Source: Spirochaetia bacterium (GTDB lineage Bacteria > Spirochaetota > Spirochaetia > DSM-2461). From it: a stretch of 64,000 nt of DNA. Position numbers and translations under genes: made by a program. Below are positions 9,248-17,867 of this stretch, in pieces (positions within the stretch are counted from its first letter, which is position 1; each line of letters begins with the position of its first letter). The stretch covers positions 2,464,001 to 2,528,000 of the forward strand of contig OY764216.1 of assembly GCA_963668315.1 (NCBI GenBank), given 5' to 3'. Under the pieces are notes generated by a model. It saw only the letters and a program-made list of their open reading frames with translations. It was not told where the DNA came from and ran no database searches.

Positions 9248-10776
9248 AGCCGGCGGGGTTCAGGGGACGACCGGGCGAAGGTCCCCCGCTGATTCTTCTA
9301 GCTCTTCTCCCTCTTTTGATAGGGGCGGGAATCTTTATCACCATGCTTAATGGATTCAGCCGTTACAGGGACCGGCTCTGCGAAGGAATGAAAAGCACGT
9401 CCCAGCTGCACGGCAGACTTGTGGCGGAACAGATACGGGGCAGGCTCTCCTCCCTGGACCTTCTCCTTTTGATGCTGGAGAACCGTTCACTCCGGTATAA
9501 TCTTTCCGAAGAGGAAAACTCACGGCAGTTTTACCGATATCTCAAAAACCGGGCCCTGCTTCTGACGCCGGTCAATCAAATCTTTATGCTCGATTCCGGG
9601 GGACGGATGAAATACACCACCGATGCAAAACCACCCTGCGAAGAGTGCCGCCGTTTGTATGAGGGATTGATGTTCAGCCACGTAGATCAGCTTCTCTCCT
9701 TTGCCGTTATGCCCTGGATCAGGGAAAATGAATCCTACCTTGTCATGAGCCGGAGAATTGATAATCCCGACGGCAGTCTGGCGGGCATCCTGGCGGCTGA
9801 GATTTCTGAAACCATGCTCTTCGATGATATTGAGTATTCCGACTCCATGATACTCAGCAATGCCGTCCTCTTTAATGAAGAGGCCCGTGTCTTTGCCGCT
9901 ATCCGGGCTGACGGGGCTGAAGGGGAGAGGGAAGGCCTGTACTCCTGCCTCGGCATTACCCGGGAGGAGCTGGAGGAATCGGGGGTTAGCGGAATGGTAG
10001 GCGGTATCGCCACCGTTTTTTCCGGCGATCATCTGACCACTCTGATACAGATCAAGGACTTCAGTTTTCAACTGGGCCTCCGCTACGATATGAGTCCCCA
10101 GCTGGAAATATGGAGGCAGCGCCGTCTGATCAGCCTATCCGTCGTGATCATCGGGACGTGGGTTATCTTGCTTTTCACCATCGCCGTCATCAGGCTGATC
10201 GGGGAGAAGCAGAAGGTAAGGGCGGAGATGATGGAGAACCTTGAGCATATGGTGGAGGAACGGACGGCGGAACTGAATGCGGCTCTTCTCAGGATTGAGA
10301 GGCTGGTGTCCTACGATCCCCTTACCGACGCCCTGAACCGGAGGGGCATGTTAAAACTGCTGGAACAGAATTATGCCCGGGTACAACGATACGGCGGCTC
10401 CTTTACGCTGGTGATGTGTGATATCGACTATTTCAAGAAAATCAACGACACCTTCGGCCATGAAGAGGGGGACAGGGCTCTCTGCTATGCCGTGGGACTG
10501 TTGAAAGAGAGATTGCGGAAGAGCGATCAGATCTCACGGTGGGGAGGGGAGGAATTTCTTATTTATTATCCCGAGCTGGAGCATGATAAGGCTTTAAGGC
10601 TGACGGATAAACTGCGCAAGGCCTTTGAAGAACATCCCTGGAGAGAGGATAATGCCATGACTTGCAGTTTCGGTGTTGCCTCTTTACAGGAGAATGAGGA
10701 TTTGGAATCCCTCATCAGGCGGGCCGATACCGCCATGTACCGGGCAAAGAAGAAAAGGAATTCCGTTTCCGAATAG
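9244..10776 (+). CDS. membrane diguanylate cyclase with periplasmic Cache-like domain
   Basis: Two TM segments flanking a periplasmic domain; DPLTDALNRR, DIDYFKKINDTFGH, RKSD I-site, RWGGEEF. Confidence 0.9.
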   Translation: MKPAGFRGRPGEGPPLILLALLPLLIGAGIFITMLNGFSRYRDRLCEGMKSTSQLHGRLVAEQIRGRLSSLDLLLLMLENRSLRYNLSEEENSRQFYRYLKNRALLLTPVNQIFMLDSGGRMKYTTDAKPPCEECRRLYEGLMFSHVDQLLSFAVMPWIRENESYLVMSRRIDNPDGSLAGILAAEISETMLFDDIEYSDSMILSNAVLFNEEARVFAAIRADGAEGEREGLYSCLGITREELEESGVSGMVGGIATVFSGDHLTTLIQIKDFSFQLGLRYDMSPQLEIWRQRRLISLSVVIIGTWVILLFTIAVIRLIGEKQKVRAEMMENLEHMVEERTAELNAALLRIERLVSYDPLTDALNRRGMLKLLEQNYARVQRYGGSFTLVMCDIDYFKKINDTFGHEEGDRALCYAVGLLKERLRKSDQISRWGGEEFLIYYPELEHDKALRLTDKLRKAFEEHPWREDNAMTCSFGVASLQENEDLESLIRRADTAMYRAKKKRNSVSE

Positions 10777-10784
10777 GCGGGAAG

Positions 10785-10817
10785 AAAAAAAAGGCTGCCC
10801 CGTCGGGGACAGCCTTT
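10785..10817 (-). terminator. intrinsic terminator between convergent genes
   Basis: A8-GGCTGCCCC-GTC-GGGGACAGCC-TTT; U-tract on the minus strand. Confidence 0.7.
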
Positions 10818-10834
10818 GTCAGTATCGGTTGTAC

Positions 10835-11548
10835 TTAGCGCTTAACAGCTGTGAGTACACCCTTGGCGGAAAGGGTATTTCCGGTCAGAGCAAACTGCAG
10901 ATCTCCGTCCCAGAAATACATGGAGGCGGGATCGGCACCGATTTTCATAACATCCGATGACCAGACCTTACCGAAATCCACGCCCCGGGCGGTTCCGTCG
11001 GAGGAAAATGCCGCTTCCAGTTCCTGGGGGGTACCGATCTTACGGGCTACCATATCCCCGTTGGGCAGGGAAAGAACGCCGTTCTTGTCGGTGGTGAATT
11101 TGTAAGCCGTACCTCTGTGTACATACTGGATGGTAATTGTTCCGTCCGAAGCTTTTACCGCATTCAGGTTGTCGCCTTTTGTCTGCTCGCCGCTGTTACA
11201 GCCAAAAAGGAAAAGTCCCCTCAGACCGGAAGTCATGGTCTCCTTGGCTTCCACATCGTAGAGATACATCATGAAAAGATGGGTGGAACCGGCGGCGGAA
11301 GCTCCCGAAACGGCATCGTAACTGTCTTCGGCAGCCATGTATCTTACGTTGCCTTTCCAGTTAAAATGGTTCTCCGAAGCGTTTCCGGCCAGACTTACCT
11401 GATAATCAATCGTCAGGTCTTCCGAACCGTCAGAGACAGCTGCGGAAGGCTGGGCTGCTGCGGGAGCAGAAGCCATTTCAGGCTTCGGGGCACACGAAGC
11501 CAATACAACTAACATAACAGTGGTGAGAAAAAATAGTTTTTTCATCAT
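10835..11548 (-). CDS. uncharacterised lipoprotein with DAVSGAS flavinylation-like motif
   Basis: MMKKLFFLTTVMLVVLASC lipobox; Ala/Pro linker; SYDAVSGAS. The start was chosen for spacing from AAGGAG. Confidence 0.8.
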   Translation of the reverse strand: MMKKLFFLTTVMLVVLASCAPKPEMASAPAAAQPSAAVSDGSEDLTIDYQVSLAGNASENHFNWKGNVRYMAAEDSYDAVSGASAAGSTHLFMMYLYDVEAKETMTSGLRGLFLFGCNSGEQTKGDNLNAVKASDGTITIQYVHRGTAYKFTTDKNGVLSLPNGDMVARKIGTPQELEAAFSSDGTARGVDFGKVWSSDVMKIGADPASMYFWDGDLQFALTGNTLSAKGVLTAVKR

Positions 11549-11736
11549 ATACATTCTCCTTTATATTTATTTTAAACACTACATCTGGCCTAGTCAATTT
11601 TTAATTGTCTTTTATTAGCTAAAAATATCTATAAAAATAGTAGTAAATCAGATCGTGCGGGGAAATTTTCAGGAAATGGATGATTTTCCACATTTTCGTA
11701 TTGAATTCTTCGAATCGATAAATTATTATTGAAAAA

Positions 11737-11770
11737 GTTCACAGAATTGATTCGGTGAACAAAATTCTGT
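11737..11770. promoter_or_regulatory. overlapping inverted repeats upstream of the flavocytochrome-like gene; candidate TetR operator
   Basis: GTTCACAGAATTGATTCGGTGAAC (20 of 24 positions palindromic) and ACAGAATT...AATTCTGT. Confidence 0.55.
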
Positions 11771-11789
11771 TAGTTAAAGAGGAAGAGAA

Positions 11790-13571
11790 ATGAAACGATT
11801 TATCCCGTTTTTCATGGCAGCTGTGATGGCTGTCACTTTGATGGGCTGCGGAAGTAAGGTATCCTTTACTCCCGGTACGTACCAGGGGGGAGCTCCCGGT
11901 ATTCACGGAGAAGATGTTGTTCTTGAAGTAACCGTGGACAAGAAGGAAATCAAGGAAATTAAAGTTATTCAGAATCATGAGACACCCGGTGTCTCCGATG
12001 CTGCCTTCGACAGGATTCCCAAAGCTATTATCAAGGGCCAGACCCTGGCCGTAGATACCGTAGCCGGTGCCACCTACTCCAGCAACGCCATTCTCGGGGC
12101 TGTGAAAGAAGCCCTCGAAGCGGCCGGTGCCGACCTCAGCCTTCTTGTCAGTGAAGCCGAGGAAGCCGATGCCGTTACCGCTGCAACGGAAGTTCTTAAT
12201 GCCGATATCGTTATCATCGGTGCCGGCGGTGCCGGTCTTGCCGCTGCTGTTTCCGCCAATCAGAACGGCGCCAGCGTCATCGTATTTGAAAAGATGCCCC
12301 AGGTCGGCGGTAACACGATCATTTCCGGCTCCGCCTTCAATGCGGCCGACCCCTCCCGCCAGATTCCCCAGGGCATCGAAGACTCTCCCGAGAAGCATTT
12401 CGAGCAGACCCTTAAGGGCGGAGACAACATGGGCGACCCCGTACTGGTGAAAACTCTTACCGATAACGCCTATCCCACTCTCCAGTGGCTGGAAAGTCTG
12501 GGCATGGAGTTCAAAGACCATGTCTTTACCGTTCTCGGCGGTCTCTGGCCCCGTGCGCACAAGCCTGTTATGCCCCTCGGTACGGGTTACCTGAAAACCT
12601 ATATGGATTATGTTAACTCCCACGACGGCATTACCGTTCTCACCGACACCAAAGCCACCGATATCTATCTGGAAGATGACGGCTCCGGTGTGAAAAGAGC
12701 CAGCGTTGTCAAGGCACAGGGCCTGAACGGTACCGTTGTTGCTCAGGGCCACAAGGCCGTTATCATCGCTACCGGCGGTTTCGGTGCCAGCGTCGAGCTG
12801 AGAGAGAAGTACAACAAGCACTGGCCCTCTCTGGCTAATATCGGAACCACGAACCATCCCGGCGCTACCGGTGACGGTCTGGCTCTGGCCGAAGCTGTCA
12901 ACGCCGATCTTGTAGGTCTCGAGTACATCCAGCTCCTCCCCATGGGAGACCCCGTTACGGGAAGTCTTTCCGGAAACATCGAGCAGGCCGTTGAAAACCG
13001 TATCTTCATCAACAAGGACGGTAACCGCTTCGTTGATGAGGGCGAGAGAAGAGACGTTATGACCCGGGCTCTTTTTGAGCAGGAAGATACCTTCATGTGG
13101 ATCGTTCTGGATTCTCACAACTATCCCACCATGGATACGAAGAACAACTTCAACGAAACCATTCAGGAACTCGTTGACCAGAACAGAGCTGTCATGGCCG
13201 ATACCCTTGACGAGCTTGCCGAGAAGATGAACGTTCCCGCCGAAAACCTCAAAGCCGCCGTTGCCGAGTTCAACGCCGCTGTGGAAACGGGCGGACCCGA
13301 TTCATTCGGCAGAACTCTTTTTCAGTACAAGATGGATACGCCTCCCTATTTCGCCGGAGGAAGAATGCCCACCGTACACCACACCATGGGCGGTATCAAG
13401 ATCAATGAGAAAGCTCAGGTTATCGATAAGGAAGGCAACGTGATTCCCGGTCTGTATGCCGCCGGTGAAGCCACCGGAGGAATCCACGGAACCAACAGGC
13501 TCGGTGGAAACGCTCTGGCCGATATCAACGTATTCGGTAAGATCGCCGGCGCCAACGCCGCGGCGGAATAA
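11790..13571 (+). CDS. lipoprotein flavocytochrome c / urocanate-reductase-like reductase (FMN_bind + FAD_binding_2)
   Basis: TLMGC lipobox, HETPG...DTVAGATYSS, IIGAGGAG, VHHTMGG, HGTNRLGGNAL. Confidence 0.9.
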   Translation: MKRFIPFFMAAVMAVTLMGCGSKVSFTPGTYQGGAPGIHGEDVVLEVTVDKKEIKEIKVIQNHETPGVSDAAFDRIPKAIIKGQTLAVDTVAGATYSSNAILGAVKEALEAAGADLSLLVSEAEEADAVTAATEVLNADIVIIGAGGAGLAAAVSANQNGASVIVFEKMPQVGGNTIISGSAFNAADPSRQIPQGIEDSPEKHFEQTLKGGDNMGDPVLVKTLTDNAYPTLQWLESLGMEFKDHVFTVLGGLWPRAHKPVMPLGTGYLKTYMDYVNSHDGITVLTDTKATDIYLEDDGSGVKRASVVKAQGLNGTVVAQGHKAVIIATGGFGASVELREKYNKHWPSLANIGTTNHPGATGDGLALAEAVNADLVGLEYIQLLPMGDPVTGSLSGNIEQAVENRIFINKDGNRFVDEGERRDVMTRALFEQEDTFMWIVLDSHNYPTMDTKNNFNETIQELVDQNRAVMADTLDELAEKMNVPAENLKAAVAEFNAAVETGGPDSFGRTLFQYKMDTPPYFAGGRMPTVHHTMGGIKINEKAQVIDKEGNVIPGLYAAGEATGGIHGTNRLGGNALADINVFGKIAGANAAAE

Positions 13572-13602
13572 TCCTGCCAGATACAGACGTTAGATAGAAA
13601 CG

Positions 13603-13634
13603 GCGCCGTTCCTTCGGGGACGGCGCTTTTTTTT
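13603..13634 (+). terminator. intrinsic terminator
   Basis: GCGCCGTTCC-TTCG-GGGACGGCGC-T8. Confidence 0.85.
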
Positions 13635-13666
13635 GCCCCCGGATAAGTCCCGGAGGGCGGGAATTC

Positions 13667-14263
13667 CTATTTTTCCATGCCGAGCAGCAGATTGTTCAGA
13701 ATGAACGTCATGCGGTTTCTCAGGTCAAATTTACCGTCATGGAGGCACCAGTGGAAGACGACTCCCCTCGCGCATATGAAGATGCTTTCACAGATCTCCT
13801 CGGGAGGGAGGGAGGAGGAGAACCTCTCTTCCCTTACCGCCCTGTCTATCAGGCCGGTTAATCTGGTCTGCATGGGACGTCCTTTACGGACAAAGGTTTT
13901 GTTCATATGGGTAAAGAAAATTTTCGTGAAGTCCAGTCCTGTATCAAGAATCAGGTCGGTATAGGAGTCCATATATTCCAGAATAAGCTCCCGGCCCGAA
14001 TCGCCCGAATCTTCCTTTCCCGCCCAGGCTTCAAAGTTCCTGTCGGCCATGAAGAATGTGTCGTCCAGGATGCTTTCCTTCGAAGGATAGTGGTGGTAGA
14101 AGGCTCCTACGGAACAGGATGCCTTACGGCAGATTTCTGTGATTTTCGTGTTTTCGAAACCCTTTTCAGTAAACAGCTGAATGGCGGTTTCATAGATCTT
14201 CTTCTTGGATTTCTCCGCCTGAAGCTCTCTTGATGTTTTTACTTTTTCCAGAATCTCTGCCAT
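13667..14263 (-). CDS. TetR/AcrR family regulator
   Basis: AIQLFTEKGFENTKITEICRKASCSVGAFYHHYPSKE HTH; start re-called at MAEIL. Confidence 0.9.
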   Translation of the reverse strand: MAEILEKVKTSRELQAEKSKKKIYETAIQLFTEKGFENTKITEICRKASCSVGAFYHHYPSKESILDDTFFMADRNFEAWAGKEDSGDSGRELILEYMDSYTDLILDTGLDFTKIFFTHMNKTFVRKGRPMQTRLTGLIDRAVREERFSSSLPPEEICESIFICARGVVFHWCLHDGKFDLRNRMTFILNNLLLGMEK

Positions 14264-14317
14264 GGGGCTATTTTCCTGTTTTTCCTTTTTTTTGACAATG
14301 ACTATCGTCATATTTTT

Positions 14318-15061
14318 CTATTGACCTGCGTCAATCATTTCCTGCAGCGCCGCTTTTGCCAGGGAAAATTCCATCCCGATCTCAAGACAGTAATCCCTGA
14401 CGGCCATGCTCCTGGTCCCCGGGTCGATCCCTCCCAGAGCGTCCCTGACCTGCTCCTCTGTCAGTCCCCAGGAATAGAGATCCGCAAAGGTGGTTTTCCC
14501 CTTGACGGTCATATCCGTTTCCTCCGCCTCTTCATGGCTTATTTCGGCTGCATCCGCTTCCGCCACGTCCTTCAGCTCTTCCAGGGATACGATCATGGGC
14601 GTCAGTTCCTCTATCATCTCCTCCGAAAGAGAGGCCTCTTTCTTGAGGATATTGAAGGCCGGCTGGGGGAGACCCGTATCCTCTTCCGGCGTATAGGGCA
14701 GTCCCAGATAGAGGGCTACGAAGAGTCTCAGACTGTCCGTCCCGATCTCCCGCCCGTCCACGATACCGTATACTTCCTCGAAAAGTTTGGCCTGCACCGA
14801 GGCGGGATCTTCCGCTTCGGAGAACCCGAAGGCCTTAGCCGTTGTCTCCACGGGAATGGAGAAGGCTGTCTCAATGTCACCGAAGGAGTAGGAGCCCCGA
14901 ATGTCCGCCGGATTGTACTGGCCCGCGAATTCTCCCGTTTCGAAACGGACCGGTTCCTTGGAACTTTCGGTGCTCCAGTATCCGCTTATCATGGTGGACC
15001 CGATTCCCAGAAGGAAAAAGGCAGGCAGTACGACTGCGGCTGTTTTTGCTGATATTCTCAT
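14318..15061 (-). CDS. membrane-anchored hypothetical protein, partner of the 4Fe-4S protein
   Basis: Single N-terminal TM; two related segments (IRGSYSFGDI...FSIP and VKGKTTFADL...WGL); stop/start overlap with the upstream gene. Confidence 0.75.
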   Translation of the reverse strand: MRISAKTAAVVLPAFFLLGIGSTMISGYWSTESSKEPVRFETGEFAGQYNPADIRGSYSFGDIETAFSIPVETTAKAFGFSEAEDPASVQAKLFEEVYGIVDGREIGTDSLRLFVALYLGLPYTPEEDTGLPQPAFNILKKEASLSEEMIEELTPMIVSLEELKDVAEADAAEISHEEAEETDMTVKGKTTFADLYSWGLTEEQVRDALGGIDPGTRSMAVRDYCLEIGMEFSLAKAALQEMIDAGQ

Positions 15062-15909
15062 TATTCCGCCTCCTTTACGGCCTCGTCGAAGGAGCCGGTT
15101 CTGAACTCCAGGGTTCCCCCTACCGGACAGACCCCGTCATCGCTGGTACACTGATAACAGCTGATGCACTGATGGTTTCTGACCGTGCCCGATTGTGATA
15201 CGGGAATATTCATGGGACAGGCCTTGTCGCACTTTTTACAGTTTATACAGGTGGAGCCGTTCCGTTTGAGAGGAATGACTCTGAAGAGATTGAAGAGGCC
15301 CAGAACGGCTCCGTAGGGGCAGGCGTATTTGCAGAAGGGCCTCTCCACAAAGAGGGAGAGCAGAATGACGGCACCCAGGGAGATGAATCCCGTTACGGCG
15401 ACTTCTCCCGTCCAGAACTGGAAAAGGGCGTAGTAGGGATCTACATCGGAGAAGACCAGCTGGCCGGACCGGGCGGTCATGAAAATAACCCAGATAAGCA
15501 GGAAATAACGGAGAAAACGCAGATATTTATCTACAGAATAGGGAAGGAAACGGTTATATTTCTTGGGAAATATCTTCTTCCCGATTTTTCCTGTCAGCTC
15601 CTGGAAGGTGCCGAAGGGGCAGATCCATCCGCAGAAAAGCGGTCCGAGAAGAAGAGCCGAAGCAAAGACAATATACATAAGGACAAGGCTTGACTCGTGA
15701 ATCTTCTTGACAAATGTTCCCGCCGCCGCAAGCTGGTAAAGGGTGACGACTCCCCCGAAAGGACAGATCGAATGGAGGGACGCTTCCCCTATGACGGGAA
15801 TGCCCTTACCCGCTTCCGCGAGGGTATGGTTGACGGCAATCAGGGCTATGAACAGAAAAAAAACGATCTGAATCACCCGTCTCAGTTTTTTCCCCTTTCT
15901 TTCTCTCAT
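15061..15909 (-). CDS. NapH/MauN-like 4Fe-4S membrane electron-transfer protein
   Basis: 4 TM; CGWICP and CKYACP motifs; CINCKKCDKACP and CISCYQC...CP ferredoxin motifs. Confidence 0.9.
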   Translation of the reverse strand: MRERKGKKLRRVIQIVFFLFIALIAVNHTLAEAGKGIPVIGEASLHSICPFGGVVTLYQLAAAGTFVKKIHESSLVLMYIVFASALLLGPLFCGWICPFGTFQELTGKIGKKIFPKKYNRFLPYSVDKYLRFLRYFLLIWVIFMTARSGQLVFSDVDPYYALFQFWTGEVAVTGFISLGAVILLSLFVERPFCKYACPYGAVLGLFNLFRVIPLKRNGSTCINCKKCDKACPMNIPVSQSGTVRNHQCISCYQCTSDDGVCPVGGTLEFRTGSFDEAVKEAE

Positions 15910-16102
15910 AAAAACTCCTTAATGATGAACGGTATGTATTTAGTATAGGCTATTCCGAATCTATAAACAAAATATGAAGGAAATAAGTTTATATTGGTGA
16001 ATTAAGCGGTCTTTTATACTTCTCCCGGTGGTTTTCCCTGAAAAAAGTTGTGCAAAAAGGGGGTTAGGGGTATACTATTCTTTAATCCGGGATCATTATT
16101 GA

Positions 16103-17731
16103 ATGAAAAAATCTGTCATATTAAAAAAGAATATCCTTTCCATAACAGTCGTCTTTCCTCTGGTCGCCTGTTTGCTTTTCACAATCCTTGTAACCTTTGA
16201 AGTCATAAGGGTCCGCCGTTTCATGGTCCATGTCGCCCTTTCCCTTCCCGTTCTGCTGGACGATGATTTTCAGGACCGCGCCACCGGACCGGACAGCATC
16301 ACCTATGAAGAGGAGCTGAGAAACCGCAGGCTTTTCAACGGGATCAGGGATCAATTCAATCTGAACTGGGTCTACACACTGGTAGAGGAGGGGGGACGGT
16401 TCTACTTTACCTCTCCCACCGTAACCGAAGAGGAAGCGGCGGAAAGGGACAGGTGGTACTACTTTCCCTATGAGGACATTCCCGATCATTTTCTCCGGGC
16501 ATTCAAGGAGAACCGAAAGACCTTCGCCTTTTACAGAGATACCTGGGGATGCTCCTTTTCCCTTATTCTGCCCCTCGCCAGTCCGGCGGGCCGTCCCTAT
16601 CTGTCCTGTGTCGACGTAACTCCGGGGCAGCTGTTCCAGCATGCCTTTTTTAATAAGATTGTGGAGTTCCTGCTTTTTATCGTCTTCTCTGTCATTGTGG
16701 AGAGCTATGTGATTCTTTTGAAAAAAAGAAACGGGGAGCTGGCTGTCACAAGACATGAGGCTTCCAGCCACAGGCGGGAGCTAGAAAGGGTTCTTTACGA
16801 GAGAACCCAGGAAAGCAAAATCAAGGCCGAAAAGTACGCCCGCCTGAATATGCGTCTTGTCGCGGCACTGGAGGCGAGCAATCTCACCCTGGTTTTATTG
16901 AATCTGGAGGATCTGACGATTATTCAGGAGACGAACTTCACCTTCGAGGGGGAGTCGCCCGAACGGATCGATCAGCCTGTCAAGCTGGAGGACTTCTTCC
17001 TTGAGTTCATCCATCCCAACGGTCATCATCTCATTAAAGACGCTCTCAATGAGTTCCAGAACGAAGAGATTAATGAGAAAACCCTTGAACTGCGTCTTTT
17101 CCATGAAGGGCGATGGCTCTGGTTCCGCTTCTACTGCCGCCGCAATACGGCTGATTCCCGGGAGCTTCTGATCCTCGGGCAGATGATTCATCAGGAGAAG
17201 GTGAAAAGCGAGGAGTTGTATAGAAAGGCCAACTATGACGCCCTGACCCGCATGGTCAACCGTCATTACTGCTACTCCTACCTGGACGATGCCCTGGAGC
17301 AGAAGCGCAAACGGGATTTTCCCATGACCGTGGCCTTTGTCGATGCCGATTCTCTGAAGCAGGTGAATGATATTCTGGGTCATAAACAGGGCGATATGTA
17401 TCTTCTGGATATTGTGGATATTATTAAAAAAGGGATCAGAGAAGATGATATTCTGGGGCGCATCGGGGGAGATGAATTTCTTCTCATATGCCCCCAGACA
17501 TCCCTGGATGATTTTATGTTTATGGCGGACAGAATCGAAAGTGAGATCGGCCGGTTCAATGCGGCGTCGGCCCGGGCCTATAAGATCTCCTTCAGTATGG
17601 GGTATCTGGAAGTGGGGGGGACAGACGACATGACCGTCGATGAGCTTCTTGAAGAAGCCGACACCCGCATGTATGAAGTCAAGGCAGAGAAGAAAAGGCG
17701 GGGAGAGGGAATTTCCGTCCTTCCCTCCTGA
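16103..17731 (+). CDS. membrane diguanylate cyclase (periplasmic sensor, PAS-like domain, GGDEF)
   Basis: 2 TM; IHPN...WLWFR PAS-like region; DALTRMVNR; REDD I-site; RIGGDEF; promoter TTGTGC-17-TATACT at 16048-16076. Confidence 0.9.
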   Translation: MKKSVILKKNILSITVVFPLVACLLFTILVTFEVIRVRRFMVHVALSLPVLLDDDFQDRATGPDSITYEEELRNRRLFNGIRDQFNLNWVYTLVEEGGRFYFTSPTVTEEEAAERDRWYYFPYEDIPDHFLRAFKENRKTFAFYRDTWGCSFSLILPLASPAGRPYLSCVDVTPGQLFQHAFFNKIVEFLLFIVFSVIVESYVILLKKRNGELAVTRHEASSHRRELERVLYERTQESKIKAEKYARLNMRLVAALEASNLTLVLLNLEDLTIIQETNFTFEGESPERIDQPVKLEDFFLEFIHPNGHHLIKDALNEFQNEEINEKTLELRLFHEGRWLWFRFYCRRNTADSRELLILGQMIHQEKVKSEELYRKANYDALTRMVNRHYCYSYLDDALEQKRKRDFPMTVAFVDADSLKQVNDILGHKQGDMYLLDIVDIIKKGIREDDILGRIGGDEFLLICPQTSLDDFMFMADRIESEIGRFNAASARAYKISFSMGYLEVGGTDDMTVDELLEEADTRMYEVKAEKKRRGEGISVLPS

Positions 17732-17817
17732 TCGGATCCTGTCCCTCTGAAAAACCGTTAATCCCCAAAAAAATGATTATTTACAACGGCCCCATGTGGT
17801 GGAATAATGAATGAATC

Positions 17818-17846
17818 GCCCTTCCCTTCACCAAGAGGGGAAGGGC
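17818..17846 (+). promoter_or_regulatory. hairpin in the probable 5' UTR of the beta-galactosidase gene
   Basis: GCCCTTCCCTTC-ACCAA-GAGGGGAAGGGC, downstream of TTTACA-17-AATAAT. Confidence 0.4.
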
Positions 17847-17867
17847 CGTTTATAGAGAGGGGTTTAT

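Noticed and set aside
11739..13118. 459-aa minus-strand ORF
   Set aside because: Antisense shadow of the strongly codon-biased flavocytochrome-like gene.
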